From the IMG/VR virus record IMGVR_UViG_3300045902_000133: 64,000 nucleotides of DNA. One strand, written 5' to 3'. The DNA comes from an uncultured virus (IMG/VR IMGVR_UViG_3300045902_000133). Taxonomy: Duplodnaviria; Heunggongvirae; Uroviricota; Caudoviricetes. Below the pieces are notes generated by a model that saw only the letters and a program-made list of their open reading frames with translations, ran no database searches and was not told the origin of the DNA. Below are positions 20,645-30,911 of the stretch, piece after piece; position 1 is the first letter of the stretch, and each line of letters opens with the position of its first letter. The translations under genes were made by a program, and so were the position numbers.

Positions 20645-21414
20645 ACATTATTGTATTGATGGCCGGTGAAGGGCGGAGGTTTACCGAAGCTGGAATCACC
20701 ACGCCGAAGCCGTTGGTAGAAGTCAACAACAAAACCATTTTAGAATGGACGACTCGTTCACTGCCGTTTATTCAACATAAGGATCAGACCATAAATGTTC
20801 CCATCTACTCCGAGCAACTTTATTTTGCAATCAGAGAAGAACATGAACAATATGGAATGTCAGACTATCTCAAGAGTGTATATGGTAGTGACATCAATAT
20901 CGTCAGTTTCAAGAAAAGTACTCGTGGTAATTTGGAAACCGCCTACTTTGTGGCTGCCTTGATAGACAACGAAGACGATCCGCTATTAGTGCTGGATAGC
21001 GACAACAAGTATGATGGAACAGGTTTTCTCAGTACGATATCTGAAGCTTATGACTTTGATGATAGCATGGTTGTAACTTGTTTTGAACCACAAGACCGCA
21101 GCGATAAATGGTCATTTGTGATCGCCGAAGGTAATCTCGCAACCGAGATTTGCGAAAAAGATGTCTCGGCACTGGATAGAGGTGGCAAGCCGTTGGTTGG
21201 AACATTTTGGTTTCATAATACAAATCAGTTTATGGATCATGCAGATAAAATTCTCAGAAGCGGTGAACGTACTGGTTGGCCTGGAAGAGAAGAGTTTTTC
21301 ATAAGTCAAGTGCCAAGATCACATATAAAACAGGGCCGACCTGTATTTGTTCATACGATTACCGATGTGGTTCCATTAGGTACTCCTGAAGATGTTCAGA
21401 GGTTTCAAGTATGA
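20641..21414 (+). CDS. Sugar-phosphate nucleotidyltransferase
   Basis: IVLMAGEGRRF...PKPLV, LDSD, EK, LGTPED. Confidence 0.85.
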   Translation: MNIIVLMAGEGRRFTEAGITTPKPLVEVNNKTILEWTTRSLPFIQHKDQTINVPIYSEQLYFAIREEHEQYGMSDYLKSVYGSDINIVSFKKSTRGNLETAYFVAALIDNEDDPLLVLDSDNKYDGTGFLSTISEAYDFDDSMVVTCFEPQDRSDKWSFVIAEGNLATEICEKDVSALDRGGKPLVGTFWFHNTNQFMDHADKILRSGERTGWPGREEFFISQVPRSHIKQGRPVFVHTITDVVPLGTPEDVQRFQV

Positions 21415-21857
21415 GAATATGTTTAGATATTGATGATACAATAAATTTCTGTAAATCATCCGACGAAGAATATGGTAATGAACGGCCCCAACCAGGAGCA
21501 GTTGAAACGATAAAACGCTGGAAGGCGGAAGGACATTATATCATTTTATATACTGCTCGTCATATGAAAACTTGTGACGGTAACCAGGGAAAAGTTTTAG
21601 CTAAACAAGCAAAGAATTTATTTTCTTGGTTGGACAAATTTGAAATTCCATATGATGAAATATGGTGGTCCGCTCCACATGCTGACGTATTCATTAATGA
21701 TGCTGCAATTAATCATGTTCCGGGTAACTGGGAACATACGACACAGTTGGTTGACTCCATAATTCAAAGTGGCGGAATCAGAAGCTCTGAATCTCGAAAG
21801 AAATTGTTCAGTATGCAGAAAGATCTGACACACAATAAAAGTTCCGAGGACAATTAA
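21411..21857 (+). CDS. HAD phosphatase (capsule biosynthesis EcbF/BcbF-like)
   Basis: CLDIDDTI, IILYTARHM, WL...IPYDEI. Confidence 0.8.
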   Translation: MRICLDIDDTINFCKSSDEEYGNERPQPGAVETIKRWKAEGHYIILYTARHMKTCDGNQGKVLAKQAKNLFSWLDKFEIPYDEIWWSAPHADVFINDAAINHVPGNWEHTTQLVDSIIQSGGIRSSESRKKLFSMQKDLTHNKSSEDN

Positions 21858-21860
21858 TAT

Positions 21861-22763
21861 ATGATTATGTTACAAACAATTCAAAAAATGCCAAAGTTTT
21901 TTATTGATACCGCCGATGTTGACTACATCAAGCGTACTTGGGACAAGTTGCTCAAGAACGGTGTGCAGCCATCATCATTCTTGGGTGTTACGACCAATCC
22001 CAATGCACTAGCTAAGGTTGAATGTGATAATTTAGAAAAGCTAGAGTTGTTGGCTTATAAGCTCACAAAACTCACGACTGATATTCGTGGAGATAGAAGT
22101 GGTGTAGTATATTTTCAACTTCCCAATAGCAAAGCGACTGGTACGGAACTCTTCACATGGGTACATCTACTCAAGCGTCTTGGGGATGGTCGTACTCATA
22201 TTGGTATGAAGATACCGCCATACAAGCACATCCTCGATCAAGTTACACAACTCCGACTCAATGAAACGACACAGATTAATGTTACAGGTGTAAGTGATGC
22301 AGCAACAGCACTTCGGTGCTTCTCGTATCCAAGTGTAACTTATGTCAGTATTATTCCGGGTCGAATGGAGGAGGTAGGAATCAATGCCGACCAGCACCTT
22401 CGACTTGTGAATCAACGTTACGGTGCGTTTGATAGAAATCAGTTTATTATTGCCGGTAGTATGCGTACTTTTGACGGCCTACGTCGTTCGGTGGAGGCGG
22501 GTACAGTTCCGACCATCGGCGCTTGGGTATTTGACAGTATGACAGAGCAAGAATATGTTGAATTCAATGCACTTTGGAAACCGATGGTCATTGAAGGTGA
22601 TTACGCAAATGACCTCGTAACTGTAGATACGAAGAATCATAATCTTACCATTTCATTTTTTGAACAGATGGACGGATTGGGGGAAAAGTTGTATACAGAA
22701 TTCAGGAGTAAGGTTGGATTGGATACTAGTAGCGTTGCTGATAGGCAGACGCAGACCCCATAA
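21861..22763 (+). CDS. Transaldolase / fructose-6-phosphate aldolase family protein
   Basis: FIDTAD, GVTTNP, Schiff-base KIP, INVT, PGR, AGSMR. Confidence 0.8.
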   Translation: MIMLQTIQKMPKFFIDTADVDYIKRTWDKLLKNGVQPSSFLGVTTNPNALAKVECDNLEKLELLAYKLTKLTTDIRGDRSGVVYFQLPNSKATGTELFTWVHLLKRLGDGRTHIGMKIPPYKHILDQVTQLRLNETTQINVTGVSDAATALRCFSYPSVTYVSIIPGRMEEVGINADQHLRLVNQRYGAFDRNQFIIAGSMRTFDGLRRSVEAGTVPTIGAWVFDSMTEQEYVEFNALWKPMVIEGDYANDLVTVDTKNHNLTISFFEQMDGLGEKLYTEFRSKVGLDTSSVADRQTQTP

Positions 22764-22805
22764 ACGATATAAGCCAGATAGCATTCCATATGAGATTATC
22801 AGACC

Positions 22806-23474
22806 ATGAAAGTAGCTTTATGTATTAGTGGACAACCGCGTAATGTCCAATACACATACCCATATATTTACGAAAATCTAATTGAACCAAATAATGCAGA
22901 TGTTTTCATTCATTCGTGGATCAGTGAAGATATTGTGGGAAAACCGTTCATTAACTCGGGTAATTTCATTGCCAGCAACATAATTCCACAAAATATTGAT
23001 CAAATCATATTGGATTTATATAATCCTAAAAAATATATTTTTGAGCCACAAAAATATTTTGATGGCTCTCGGTATGAAGAGAGAAAATATCCAGGTATAA
23101 AACCTGAAAATAGTATTAGTCAACGATATTCGGTTTTCGAATCTATAAATTTAGCTTTGCCGTATCAATATGACTGTATTATTCGTATTCGTTTTGATTG
23201 GGGCATACAAATACCTGTTGAAGTTGTAGATTTTGAACTCTCTGCGCTTAATTGTCCCGATGATTCTCCCCACGACAATAGCATCAATGATCAATTTGGA
23301 TTTGGAAATTCCAAAGTAATGTCGCACTATGGTGATTTATACAACAATATGGATAATTTGTATAATAGAAATATACCGTTCTGTGATGAGATTTTACTTT
23401 ATCATCATATGATGGAAAGAAATATACCAATGAATCTCATTCATATTCCATATCAAATTATTCGACAATCATAG
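22806..23474 (+). CDS. Putative glycosyltransferase-like protein
   Basis: VALCISGQPR, DVFIHSW, YD.IIRIRFD, NDQFGFG. Confidence 0.6.
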   Translation: MKVALCISGQPRNVQYTYPYIYENLIEPNNADVFIHSWISEDIVGKPFINSGNFIASNIIPQNIDQIILDLYNPKKYIFEPQKYFDGSRYEERKYPGIKPENSISQRYSVFESINLALPYQYDCIIRIRFDWGIQIPVEVVDFELSALNCPDDSPHDNSINDQFGFGNSKVMSHYGDLYNNMDNLYNRNIPFCDEILLYHHMMERNIPMNLIHIPYQIIRQS

Positions 23475-23487
23475 GTTAGTAGAAAAA

Positions 23488-24411
23488 ATGGTTAATACTA
23501 AATCGGTTCTAGTAGTTACTCATGGATTTTTCGGGGATATACTATTTGCTTCTAGTATAGCCGAACGATTCGTGCTTGACGGGCAATATGAATGTGTGGA
23601 TTTTGTCATAGGATTTCCCCAAATGCAACAATTGATGAATAATAATCCATTCATAAGAAACGTGTATGTGTCAAATACGCCCGGTCCCACTCCGATTTAT
23701 AACATAAAAAATATTAATGATAGATACGACGCTATTATTAGATTGGGAACATTTGATTTAACTGAACCACCGCCATTACAAGTAAAACGTATGGCGGGCT
23801 GTAAAACATTAGATGCCGGTTTTACAACCTATATAAGACCAGAAATTAACGATATGGTATTGGAACAAATGATAAATTTACGAAATGAGTCGTATTCACC
23901 TACAACGCCTATTATTACCGTGATGTCTAATTGGCAGTCCAAAGCGTTCAGTTTTACCGAAGAGGAATATTGGAGAGGGATAGATGTACCCTATAAAGGT
24001 TATGGCGGACGACTCAGAAATATACCAAAGATTATAGATACTTTATCGGAACAATTCTGTGTTATTCCCGTAGGATTACCAGACGGAGTAAATCAATATG
24101 ATAGCCTAAGCATCCAAAATATTAATTCTCTGGAAATTGATGCTGCAATTATAAAAAATTCCAACGCATTTGTAGGGGCCGAAGGTGGATTGGCTAATAT
24201 TGCTTATGGTGTGAGATGTCCCACAATATTAGACAGTGCATTTGTATGGCAACTCTATGGACCAAACGGAGTAATTCGTAAAGTTTTACCTGAACCGCAA
24301 CTGGGGCCACGATTCTATGAGTATACCGGTGTGAATCACGTAGATCTCAACCCCTATTTAAACGATGAAGAATTATGTCAACAAATTATCGACAGAATCG
24401 AGGCGTTATAA
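23488..24411 (+). CDS. GT9-like glycosyltransferase
   Basis: FGDILFAS, NNPFI, FVGAEGGLANIA. Confidence 0.6.
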   Translation: MVNTKSVLVVTHGFFGDILFASSIAERFVLDGQYECVDFVIGFPQMQQLMNNNPFIRNVYVSNTPGPTPIYNIKNINDRYDAIIRLGTFDLTEPPPLQVKRMAGCKTLDAGFTTYIRPEINDMVLEQMINLRNESYSPTTPIITVMSNWQSKAFSFTEEEYWRGIDVPYKGYGGRLRNIPKIIDTLSEQFCVIPVGLPDGVNQYDSLSIQNINSLEIDAAIIKNSNAFVGAEGGLANIAYGVRCPTILDSAFVWQLYGPNGVIRKVLPEPQLGPRFYEYTGVNHVDLNPYLNDEELCQQIIDRIEAL

Positions 24412-25157
24412 TGGAATATGATTTTTTCAATTTTAAACCAGAACCGATGCTAACAATTAATTGTAGTGTTGTAAAAGATTTTGCTGAATTCAGCGGCGAA
24501 GAGTTGTGGGAAATCTCTGATAAAATGCGAATGCATAGATCTCTTAATGCCGTGGATGTAAAATCACATGAATCATTGGAACGGTTTTATAGCGATTCGA
24601 AAACATATATTTATGATATCTTGACAGCCAATTCGAATTTACAAGGACTGGCCAATAAAATTAATAAGTTTATACCCAATGGACTAAAGAATATACACCA
24701 ACATCCAGGTAAAACCTTTGCTGATTTTGGCGCCGGAACGGGCGTGTTTTGCGATATCATTACAAAACTTCGTCCTGATGTGGAAGTGCATTATATTGAT
24801 ATTGAAAGTTACATTACCGAGTTTGCTCGGTGGCGTATCAAAAAATACGAATTACCCATTACGATGCATATAATTCCTCAAGAGAATTTCGAATTCAAAC
24901 AAACATATGATATGCTATTTACTGATGCTGTATGGGAGCACTTGCCTCCCGATAAGCAAATTTCTTATGGAACGAAATTAGCAAATGCGTTGAATGTGGG
25001 TGGATTGCTGTATATGATCGTTGATTTATCGGGACACACCGATGATATGCCGATGCATTACAACTGTGATATACAAGCAGTTCATAACAACTTACGGCAA
25101 TCGGGATTGACTTGTTTATATGGTAATTACAATTTCGCGTCTGTTTGGACTAAGTAA
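24411..25157 (+). CDS. Class I SAM-dependent methyltransferase
   Basis: DFGAGTG, DAVWEHL, L..GG. Confidence 0.8.
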   Translation: MEYDFFNFKPEPMLTINCSVVKDFAEFSGEELWEISDKMRMHRSLNAVDVKSHESLERFYSDSKTYIYDILTANSNLQGLANKINKFIPNGLKNIHQHPGKTFADFGAGTGVFCDIITKLRPDVEVHYIDIESYITEFARWRIKKYELPITMHIIPQENFEFKQTYDMLFTDAVWEHLPPDKQISYGTKLANALNVGGLLYMIVDLSGHTDDMPMHYNCDIQAVHNNLRQSGLTCLYGNYNFASVWTK

Positions 25158-25210
25158 GAATTTTGAACTCCACAACCGATGTCGTATGAGAATATCCATT
25201 GGACAAAATT

Positions 25211-26209
25211 ATGAACAGATTATTACTGGTTACTGATGCGTGGGAACCCCAAGTAAATGGCGTGGTTACTACATTTCAGAACACTATCCGCGAAATGGAA
25301 CACATGAAATGGGAAGTTCACGTCATTTCTCCTCAGAACTTTCGTTGCATTCGGTTGCCATTTTACAAAGAAATTTCCATATCGTTAAACTTGTGGAAAT
25401 TTCCGGAACTATTTCATCGTGTTGATCCTACGCATGTTCATATTGCTACCGAGGGTCCATTGGGTATTGCGGCAAGACGATATTGCTTACAACGCGGATT
25501 ACAGTTTACTACTTCGTATCATACCGATTTTGCATCATATGCAAATATGTGGTGGGGTGTCGCACCAGATCACATTAGAAAATATTTGAATTGGTTTCAC
25601 GGCCCCGCATCAGTGGTGTTAGTTCCCAGTCGAGATGCACAAAACCATCTTGATTGTGATACCGTGGTGTGGGGTCGTGGAGTAGATCACAATAAATTCC
25701 GCAAAACACAGTTTACTATACGAAATACTATTTTGTGTGTGAGTCGCGTATCGAAAGAAAAGAATCTGGATGAATTCATCCAGATAGTTCCACCCGAAGG
25801 AATGAAAAAACATCTAGTAGGTGATGGTCCACATTTATTAAAATTAATTGACCTCGATGAAAGAACACACAACAATACAAAATTCGTCGGTAAAAAGTGT
25901 GGTGATGCACTCATTGCAGAATATCATCAAGCATCGGTATTTGTATTTCCGTCCTTATCAGATACCTTCGGTATTGTAATGTTAGAAGCACTCGCGGCGG
26001 GCGTACCTGTCATTGCTTACCACACCGGCGCTGCGCCGGATATCATAGAGCATGGTGTCAATGGATATTTGGTCCATTCCACGGAACAGATGGGGGATTA
26101 TATCAGACCTGCCATGCAACTGGATCGGGAAGCCGTGGTTAGATCAGCAGAAAAATTTAGTTGGGTATCGACTACACAAACATTTGTGAATAATTTGGTT
26201 CACGTATAA
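25211..26209 (+). CDS. GT4 glycosyltransferase, Agt-like glycolipid synthase
   Basis: LVTDAWEPQVNGVV, HIATEGPLG, FTTSYHT, WGRGVD, RVSKEKN, DTFGIVMLEA. Confidence 0.85.
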   Translation: MNRLLLVTDAWEPQVNGVVTTFQNTIREMEHMKWEVHVISPQNFRCIRLPFYKEISISLNLWKFPELFHRVDPTHVHIATEGPLGIAARRYCLQRGLQFTTSYHTDFASYANMWWGVAPDHIRKYLNWFHGPASVVLVPSRDAQNHLDCDTVVWGRGVDHNKFRKTQFTIRNTILCVSRVSKEKNLDEFIQIVPPEGMKKHLVGDGPHLLKLIDLDERTHNNTKFVGKKCGDALIAEYHQASVFVFPSLSDTFGIVMLEALAAGVPVIAYHTGAAPDIIEHGVNGYLVHSTEQMGDYIRPAMQLDREAVVRSAEKFSWVSTTQTFVNNLVHV

Positions 26210-26281
26210 AAATATCATTTTATCCCCTCTTGACTTTGTTGAGAGGGTCTATTATCTTTAATAAAATTATACCACGGAGAA

Positions 26282-26497
26282 TTGAGTGTGAATCTTTTTG
26301 TTAAAATTATACTATCGTGCATCGCGATCTATGTCGTGGTTCTACTTATCTTGAACCGAATTGAAATTAAGTTGTTGAAAGAAATAAACAAGAAATTTAC
26401 TGAAGAGAATGAAGAACTTCGTAAACTTTTATCAGATCAATCTCCTAAAACAGAAATTCCTCCACATATTGCAGGAAAGAAAATTCTTCATGGTTAG
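26282..26497 (+). CDS. Small membrane protein
   Basis: N-terminal hydrophobic helix. GGAG RBS. Upstream TTGACT promoter-like site. Confidence 0.5.
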   Translation: MSVNLFVKIILSCIAIYVVVLLILNRIEIKLLKEINKKFTEENEELRKLLSDQSPKTEIPPHIAGKKILHG

Positions 26498-26544
26498 TAC
26501 TTGGTATTGAACTTCTATTTATAATGAAACTTTTGGAGGAACAT

Positions 26545-27579
26545 ATGAAGGTATTGATCACAGGTTGCGCAGGATTGATCGGTTCACGACTCGCAGAATA
26601 CATTCTCAAAAATAAACCAGGTGTCACCGTGATTGGAGTAGACGATCTCTCTGGTGGATATGCTGAGAATGTACCGGAAGGTGTCATATTTTACAGGTAT
26701 GACATCGCAAATAAGCCCGAGAGTATTGATAGAATTTTTGAAACAAATGAAATTGATATCGTGTATCATTTTGCCGCATATGCTGCCGAGTGTGTAAGCC
26801 CGTTCATTCGTAGATTCAACTATATCAATAACTTGGTAGGCACCGCCAGTATTATCAATGCGTCCATCAAGTATGGTGTTAAGCGACTTGTGTTCACTTC
26901 CAGTATGGCTGTATATGGAGACAGTACCCCACCATTCAACGAAGATATGGTGCGTAATCCTGTGGACCCATATGGCGTAGCTAAAGCGGCAGCGGAACGC
27001 GATATTGAGATTGCAGGCGAACAACACGGTCTTGACTGGTGCATCATTCGTCCGCACAATGTTTATGGCCGCAACCAGAACATTTGGGATAGTTATCGGA
27101 ACTTCGGCGGCATAGCTATTTACAAAGGATTGGTGGGTGATCCAATCACTGTATACGGCGATGGATTGCAAACACGGGCATTTAGTGAAATGACCGATAG
27201 TTTGGAACCACTTTGGATTGCGGGAGTTGATGCCAAAGCTAGTAGACAAATCATCAATCTCGGTGGTATCAAAGAGACTACAATTTTAGAAGTTGCTGAA
27301 ATCGTAAAGGAATTGTCTGGCGTGAATATCATTCACTTGCCGCCTCGGCACGAAGTGCGACATGCATACCCAACATATCAGAAGTCGGTGGAGATTCTTG
27401 GATTTGAACACAAGACCGATATATACGAAGGCATAAAAAATATGTGGGAGTGGGCAAAAACACAACCCAAGCGCGAACGCTTTATTTGGAAAGAATATGA
27501 ATTAGAGAAAGGACTCTATGAATATTGGAAGCCAGAGGCTCTCAAGGACGGATACTGGAAGATGCCAGTTCATGTGTAA
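26545..27579 (+). CDS. NAD-dependent nucleotide-sugar epimerase/dehydratase
   Basis: TGCAGLIGS, FTSSMAVYG, YGVAK, RPHNVYG. Confidence 0.9.
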   Translation: MKVLITGCAGLIGSRLAEYILKNKPGVTVIGVDDLSGGYAENVPEGVIFYRYDIANKPESIDRIFETNEIDIVYHFAAYAAECVSPFIRRFNYINNLVGTASIINASIKYGVKRLVFTSSMAVYGDSTPPFNEDMVRNPVDPYGVAKAAAERDIEIAGEQHGLDWCIIRPHNVYGRNQNIWDSYRNFGGIAIYKGLVGDPITVYGDGLQTRAFSEMTDSLEPLWIAGVDAKASRQIINLGGIKETTILEVAEIVKELSGVNIIHLPPRHEVRHAYPTYQKSVEILGFEHKTDIYEGIKNMWEWAKTQPKRERFIWKEYELEKGLYEYWKPEALKDGYWKMPVHV

Positions 27580-27626
27580 TCTTCAGAGCGAACAACGAAT
27601 TCAAGAACTATACGCAAGACTTGATT

Positions 27627-28028
27627 ATGACACAAATACTCTACGCCGATGGCGGAACACTGGGACAGAACGGTAAAACGTTCGCCGGTATTTACTGGTC
27701 GGTCTATGACGAAAATCATAGCCGGCCGGTTGTAGCAAAGCGTATTAGCGAAACAGGTAACTTTACTACCAACAATGAGGCCGAATATTTGGCATTCGTC
27801 GAATGTCTCAACTTTTTGAAAGAACATCAACACAAACAAGCGACAATTAGAATGGACAGTCAACTTGTGGTGTCGCAGGTTACGGGAAAATGGAAAGTTA
27901 AAAATAAAAGACTTGTTTATCTTTATGAACAAGCAATTAAAAAAATGAATGACATGCTAAGACAAGGGTATAAAATAAAATTGGAGTGGGTACCTAGATC
28001 AGAACTCGTAAAACGACTCGGTCATTAA
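27627..28028 (+). CDS. RNase HI-like protein
   Basis: YADGG, TNNEAEYLA, DSQLVV.QV.G.WKV, WVPR. Confidence 0.85.
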   Translation: MTQILYADGGTLGQNGKTFAGIYWSVYDENHSRPVVAKRISETGNFTTNNEAEYLAFVECLNFLKEHQHKQATIRMDSQLVVSQVTGKWKVKNKRLVYLYEQAIKKMNDMLRQGYKIKLEWVPRSELVKRLGH

Positions 28029-28030
28029 AT

Positions 28031-28858
28031 ATGAATAATGTTAGCGTAATCATTCCATCATATCGTAACCCCAAGTATCTTGATTTGTGTTTGCGGTCTG
28101 CGGTGGAAAATCGCGAAAATCCAGAAACTGAAATTGTTGTTGTTGTTGACGGTTTCTTTGAAGAAAGTCGTGAAATATTAGAGAAGTATAGCGAAATATT
28201 GTATCTTGATCTTGGCACAAACAGAGGCATGCAATTTGCCTTGAATGCCGGTGTCATGCAAGCAAGTAACCCATTTGTATTCATTGTTAATGATGATAAT
28301 GTGTTTCCTACGGATTGGGACCGTCGCCTGCAAGAACAGATTCGGGAAGTCACCGAGACATATGGCGACCGATTTGTATTGACGGTGGATCAAATAGAAC
28401 CCACAGGACCAGGTATGTTTCATTTCCCAGTAGTGGATATCGGTCAAGACCTACAAACATTCGACTATGAACGTTTTCTGGAAATTGAATTGGCGCGACA
28501 AGGCGACCAACCCACAGCCGAAGACGGTCATATTTTTCCATTCGTGGTAGCCAAACGTTATTATATGGCGGTGGGCGGATTTGATACATTCTACAACAGT
28601 CCCAATGTGTGTGATTGGGATCACATGTTAAAGTATGAGTTACTTGACTTTCGATTTCCGCGCACGCGAGCACTTCGACTCTATCACTTTGGATCTGTAG
28701 CCACCAAAAAAAATGCAGAATCACAACAATTTAGGGATAGGGAATCTCAAGCCTTTAACGAATTTGAGTGGAAATGGGGCTTTCTCCCACACAATCAACC
28801 TGGTACCAACCGAAAGCTTCCCGATGGTAATTACCGGGGTATCGGAAAAAGTATATAA
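28031..28858 (+). CDS. GT2 glycosyltransferase
   Basis: SVIIPSY, VVVDG, N.G, VNDD, VGGFD. Confidence 0.85.
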   Translation: MNNVSVIIPSYRNPKYLDLCLRSAVENRENPETEIVVVVDGFFEESREILEKYSEILYLDLGTNRGMQFALNAGVMQASNPFVFIVNDDNVFPTDWDRRLQEQIREVTETYGDRFVLTVDQIEPTGPGMFHFPVVDIGQDLQTFDYERFLEIELARQGDQPTAEDGHIFPFVVAKRYYMAVGGFDTFYNSPNVCDWDHMLKYELLDFRFPRTRALRLYHFGSVATKKNAESQQFRDRESQAFNEFEWKWGFLPHNQPGTNRKLPDGNYRGIGKSI

Positions 28859-28948
28859 AGATTATATACACATTTGTTCAAAGAAAATTGGGGTTGACAA
28901 AAATTATGCGTGGTATTACCGTTCATATTGAACTCTAAGGGGATACGC

Positions 28949-29497
28949 ATGGATATTGAGGTTATTGCATTAAGCGGAAAAGCGGGTTCTGGTAAAGATT
29001 ACATCTATGAGAATTACCTGCGACCACGGGGGTATCATCGTTGGGCGTTGGCCGATCACTTCAAAATTTGGACTGTGGGTAAGGGTCAAGCAACTTATGA
29101 TGAAGTGTTTCATACAAAACCGCCTCATGTACGTAAAGCATTACAAATTAATGGAACTGAACAGGGCCGTAACATATATGGAGAAAATGTTTGGTTAGAA
29201 ACTGCTGCAACATGGATGCACCATCTTTCAAAAACTTGGGGCATAAACAAGTTTTGCATAACCGATTGTAGATTTCCAAATGAAGTCGAATTCATTCAAA
29301 GCCGCTTCGGAGGTCAAGTCATTCGTGTTATTGCTCCCACCCGTTCAGAAAATAATTCTCTGACTGTAGAGGCTCGATTACACATCAGTGAAACGGCTCT
29401 GGACACATATACTAAATTTGACTTCTTCATAAACAACGACCCCGATCAAGACCTAGAATCGCAGATTCGTCGGTTTCTTGATACGAATGTAAACTGA
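28949..29497 (+). CDS. Deoxynucleoside monophosphate kinase
   Basis: SGKAGSGKD, LAD..K, LQ..GTE, ITDCRFPNE, HISET. Confidence 0.85.
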   Translation: MDIEVIALSGKAGSGKDYIYENYLRPRGYHRWALADHFKIWTVGKGQATYDEVFHTKPPHVRKALQINGTEQGRNIYGENVWLETAATWMHHLSKTWGINKFCITDCRFPNEVEFIQSRFGGQVIRVIAPTRSENNSLTVEARLHISETALDTYTKFDFFINNDPDQDLESQIRRFLDTNVN

Positions 29498-29498
29498 T

Positions 29499-30236
29499 AT
29501 GTTAACCAGAACAAAGAATTTGATTTTTGATCTCGATAATACTATTTGTAATTGTTCAATCTTTTACAAACAAAAGCAGAACGAATTTGCGAAATATCAA
29601 TTCGAACGCACGGGTCACACAGAACAATTCTGTCTCAATTTGCTTAAAAGTATTGATGTCATATTCACAGAAACTCCGGAAGGGTTCAGCAAGAATCGTT
29701 TTCCTCGAGCTTTTGCCGCCGCAAGTGCTACACTTGACATCATGATGGGTAATCCCATAGATGACGAAGCCGCAGAACGCAGTTGGTTCATTGGCGATAG
29801 TGTATTCAATGAACCATACGATTTATTCGATGGTGTAATAGACACACTACACGCATATAAATCGGCTGGATTTAATATGTTCATCTTGACTAAAGGTGAT
29901 TACACAATACAAATGCGGAAAATCGTGAACAATGGTCTTGACAATATTTTTGATCATGACAAGATTTATATAAATCCACAAAAGACTCCAGCAGAACTCG
30001 CTCAAATCTTGAACGATCACGAACTACTCGCAAGCGAAACCGTGGTCATTGGGGATAGTTTACGAGATGATATTCGTTCGGCTCAAATGCTGGGTATCAA
30101 CAATATTCTCATTGAAGATGCCACAGGGACTTGGGCGTATGAGAACCAATATCATTTGCCAAGATATCGTCTGAAGAGTGTAACTGAATTACCTACTATT
30201 ATATCGTTGGATCGTAGTTTTGTAACAGTAAACTGA
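29499..30236 (+). CDS. HAD-family hydrolase
   Basis: IFDLDNT, LTKGD, IGDSLRDDI. Confidence 0.8.
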   Translation: MLTRTKNLIFDLDNTICNCSIFYKQKQNEFAKYQFERTGHTEQFCLNLLKSIDVIFTETPEGFSKNRFPRAFAAASATLDIMMGNPIDDEAAERSWFIGDSVFNEPYDLFDGVIDTLHAYKSAGFNMFILTKGDYTIQMRKIVNNGLDNIFDHDKIYINPQKTPAELAQILNDHELLASETVVIGDSLRDDIRSAQMLGINNILIEDATGTWAYENQYHLPRYRLKSVTELPTIISLDRSFVTVN

Positions 30237-30282
30237 TATTTATAAGAGTAGTTTGTCCAGTCACTTCCCGAGGAGATTTTCA

Positions 30283-30642
30283 ATGTTATTATTACAGGTA
30301 GTTGCCGATACAGTTCCGGCAATCCCGACCCCAACAACAGGTGTAGAACTTGTTTTTTACTTAGTGTCTCTTGGTGTTGGCGCTCTTGTCGGCAGCGTAG
30401 TAAAGTTACTCGAACGCGGTTCTGAATTGGTGGCAAAGCTGCCAGAAGTAGTGAAGCTCGCCATTATCGCGGTTTTGGCATTTTTGGTCGTCAAGGTTGA
30501 AACCTTTCTCGGCCTCCAACTGCCAGATAATCCACTTGATTGGAACCCAGATACCGTCAATGTCGTATTGACCGCAACCGCCGCAGTGGGCTTACGTGCG
30601 GCCGGCATCAAGAAGAAAACTCCACCTCCTCCAACCGTATAA
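30283..30642 (+). CDS. Membrane protein (holin-like)
   Basis: 2-3 hydrophobic helices and a basic C-terminus. AGGAG RBS. Confidence 0.55.
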   Translation: MLLLQVVADTVPAIPTPTTGVELVFYLVSLGVGALVGSVVKLLERGSELVAKLPEVVKLAIIAVLAFLVVKVETFLGLQLPDNPLDWNPDTVNVVLTATAAVGLRAAGIKKKTPPPPTV

Positions 30643-30655
30643 TAACGGAGCAAAA

Positions 30656-30832
30656 ATGCGCGGCTTAGAATATCTCGATGATGATTGGCAAGACGAAGTA
30701 AGTTCTTTTGAACGTATCAAACATCGACCAAAAGGAGTGAAGGGTATAGACGAACAATCCCAGAAACGTCGTCAAGAAGGACGAATTCGTCGAGAATACC
30801 AAAAGGTGCATGAATCAAAGTATACACGATAA
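30656..30832 (+). CDS. Small charged hypothetical protein
   Basis: GGAG RBS, 58 aa. Confidence 0.5.
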   Translation: MRGLEYLDDDWQDEVSSFERIKHRPKGVKGIDEQSQKRRQEGRIRREYQKVHESKYTR

Positions 30833-30911
30833 ACTTTGATTTTCGCAACAGAGTCCCCGATATCTACTATTTATGATGGTGGATATCGGGGATTCTTTTT
30901 TTGGTGATCTC

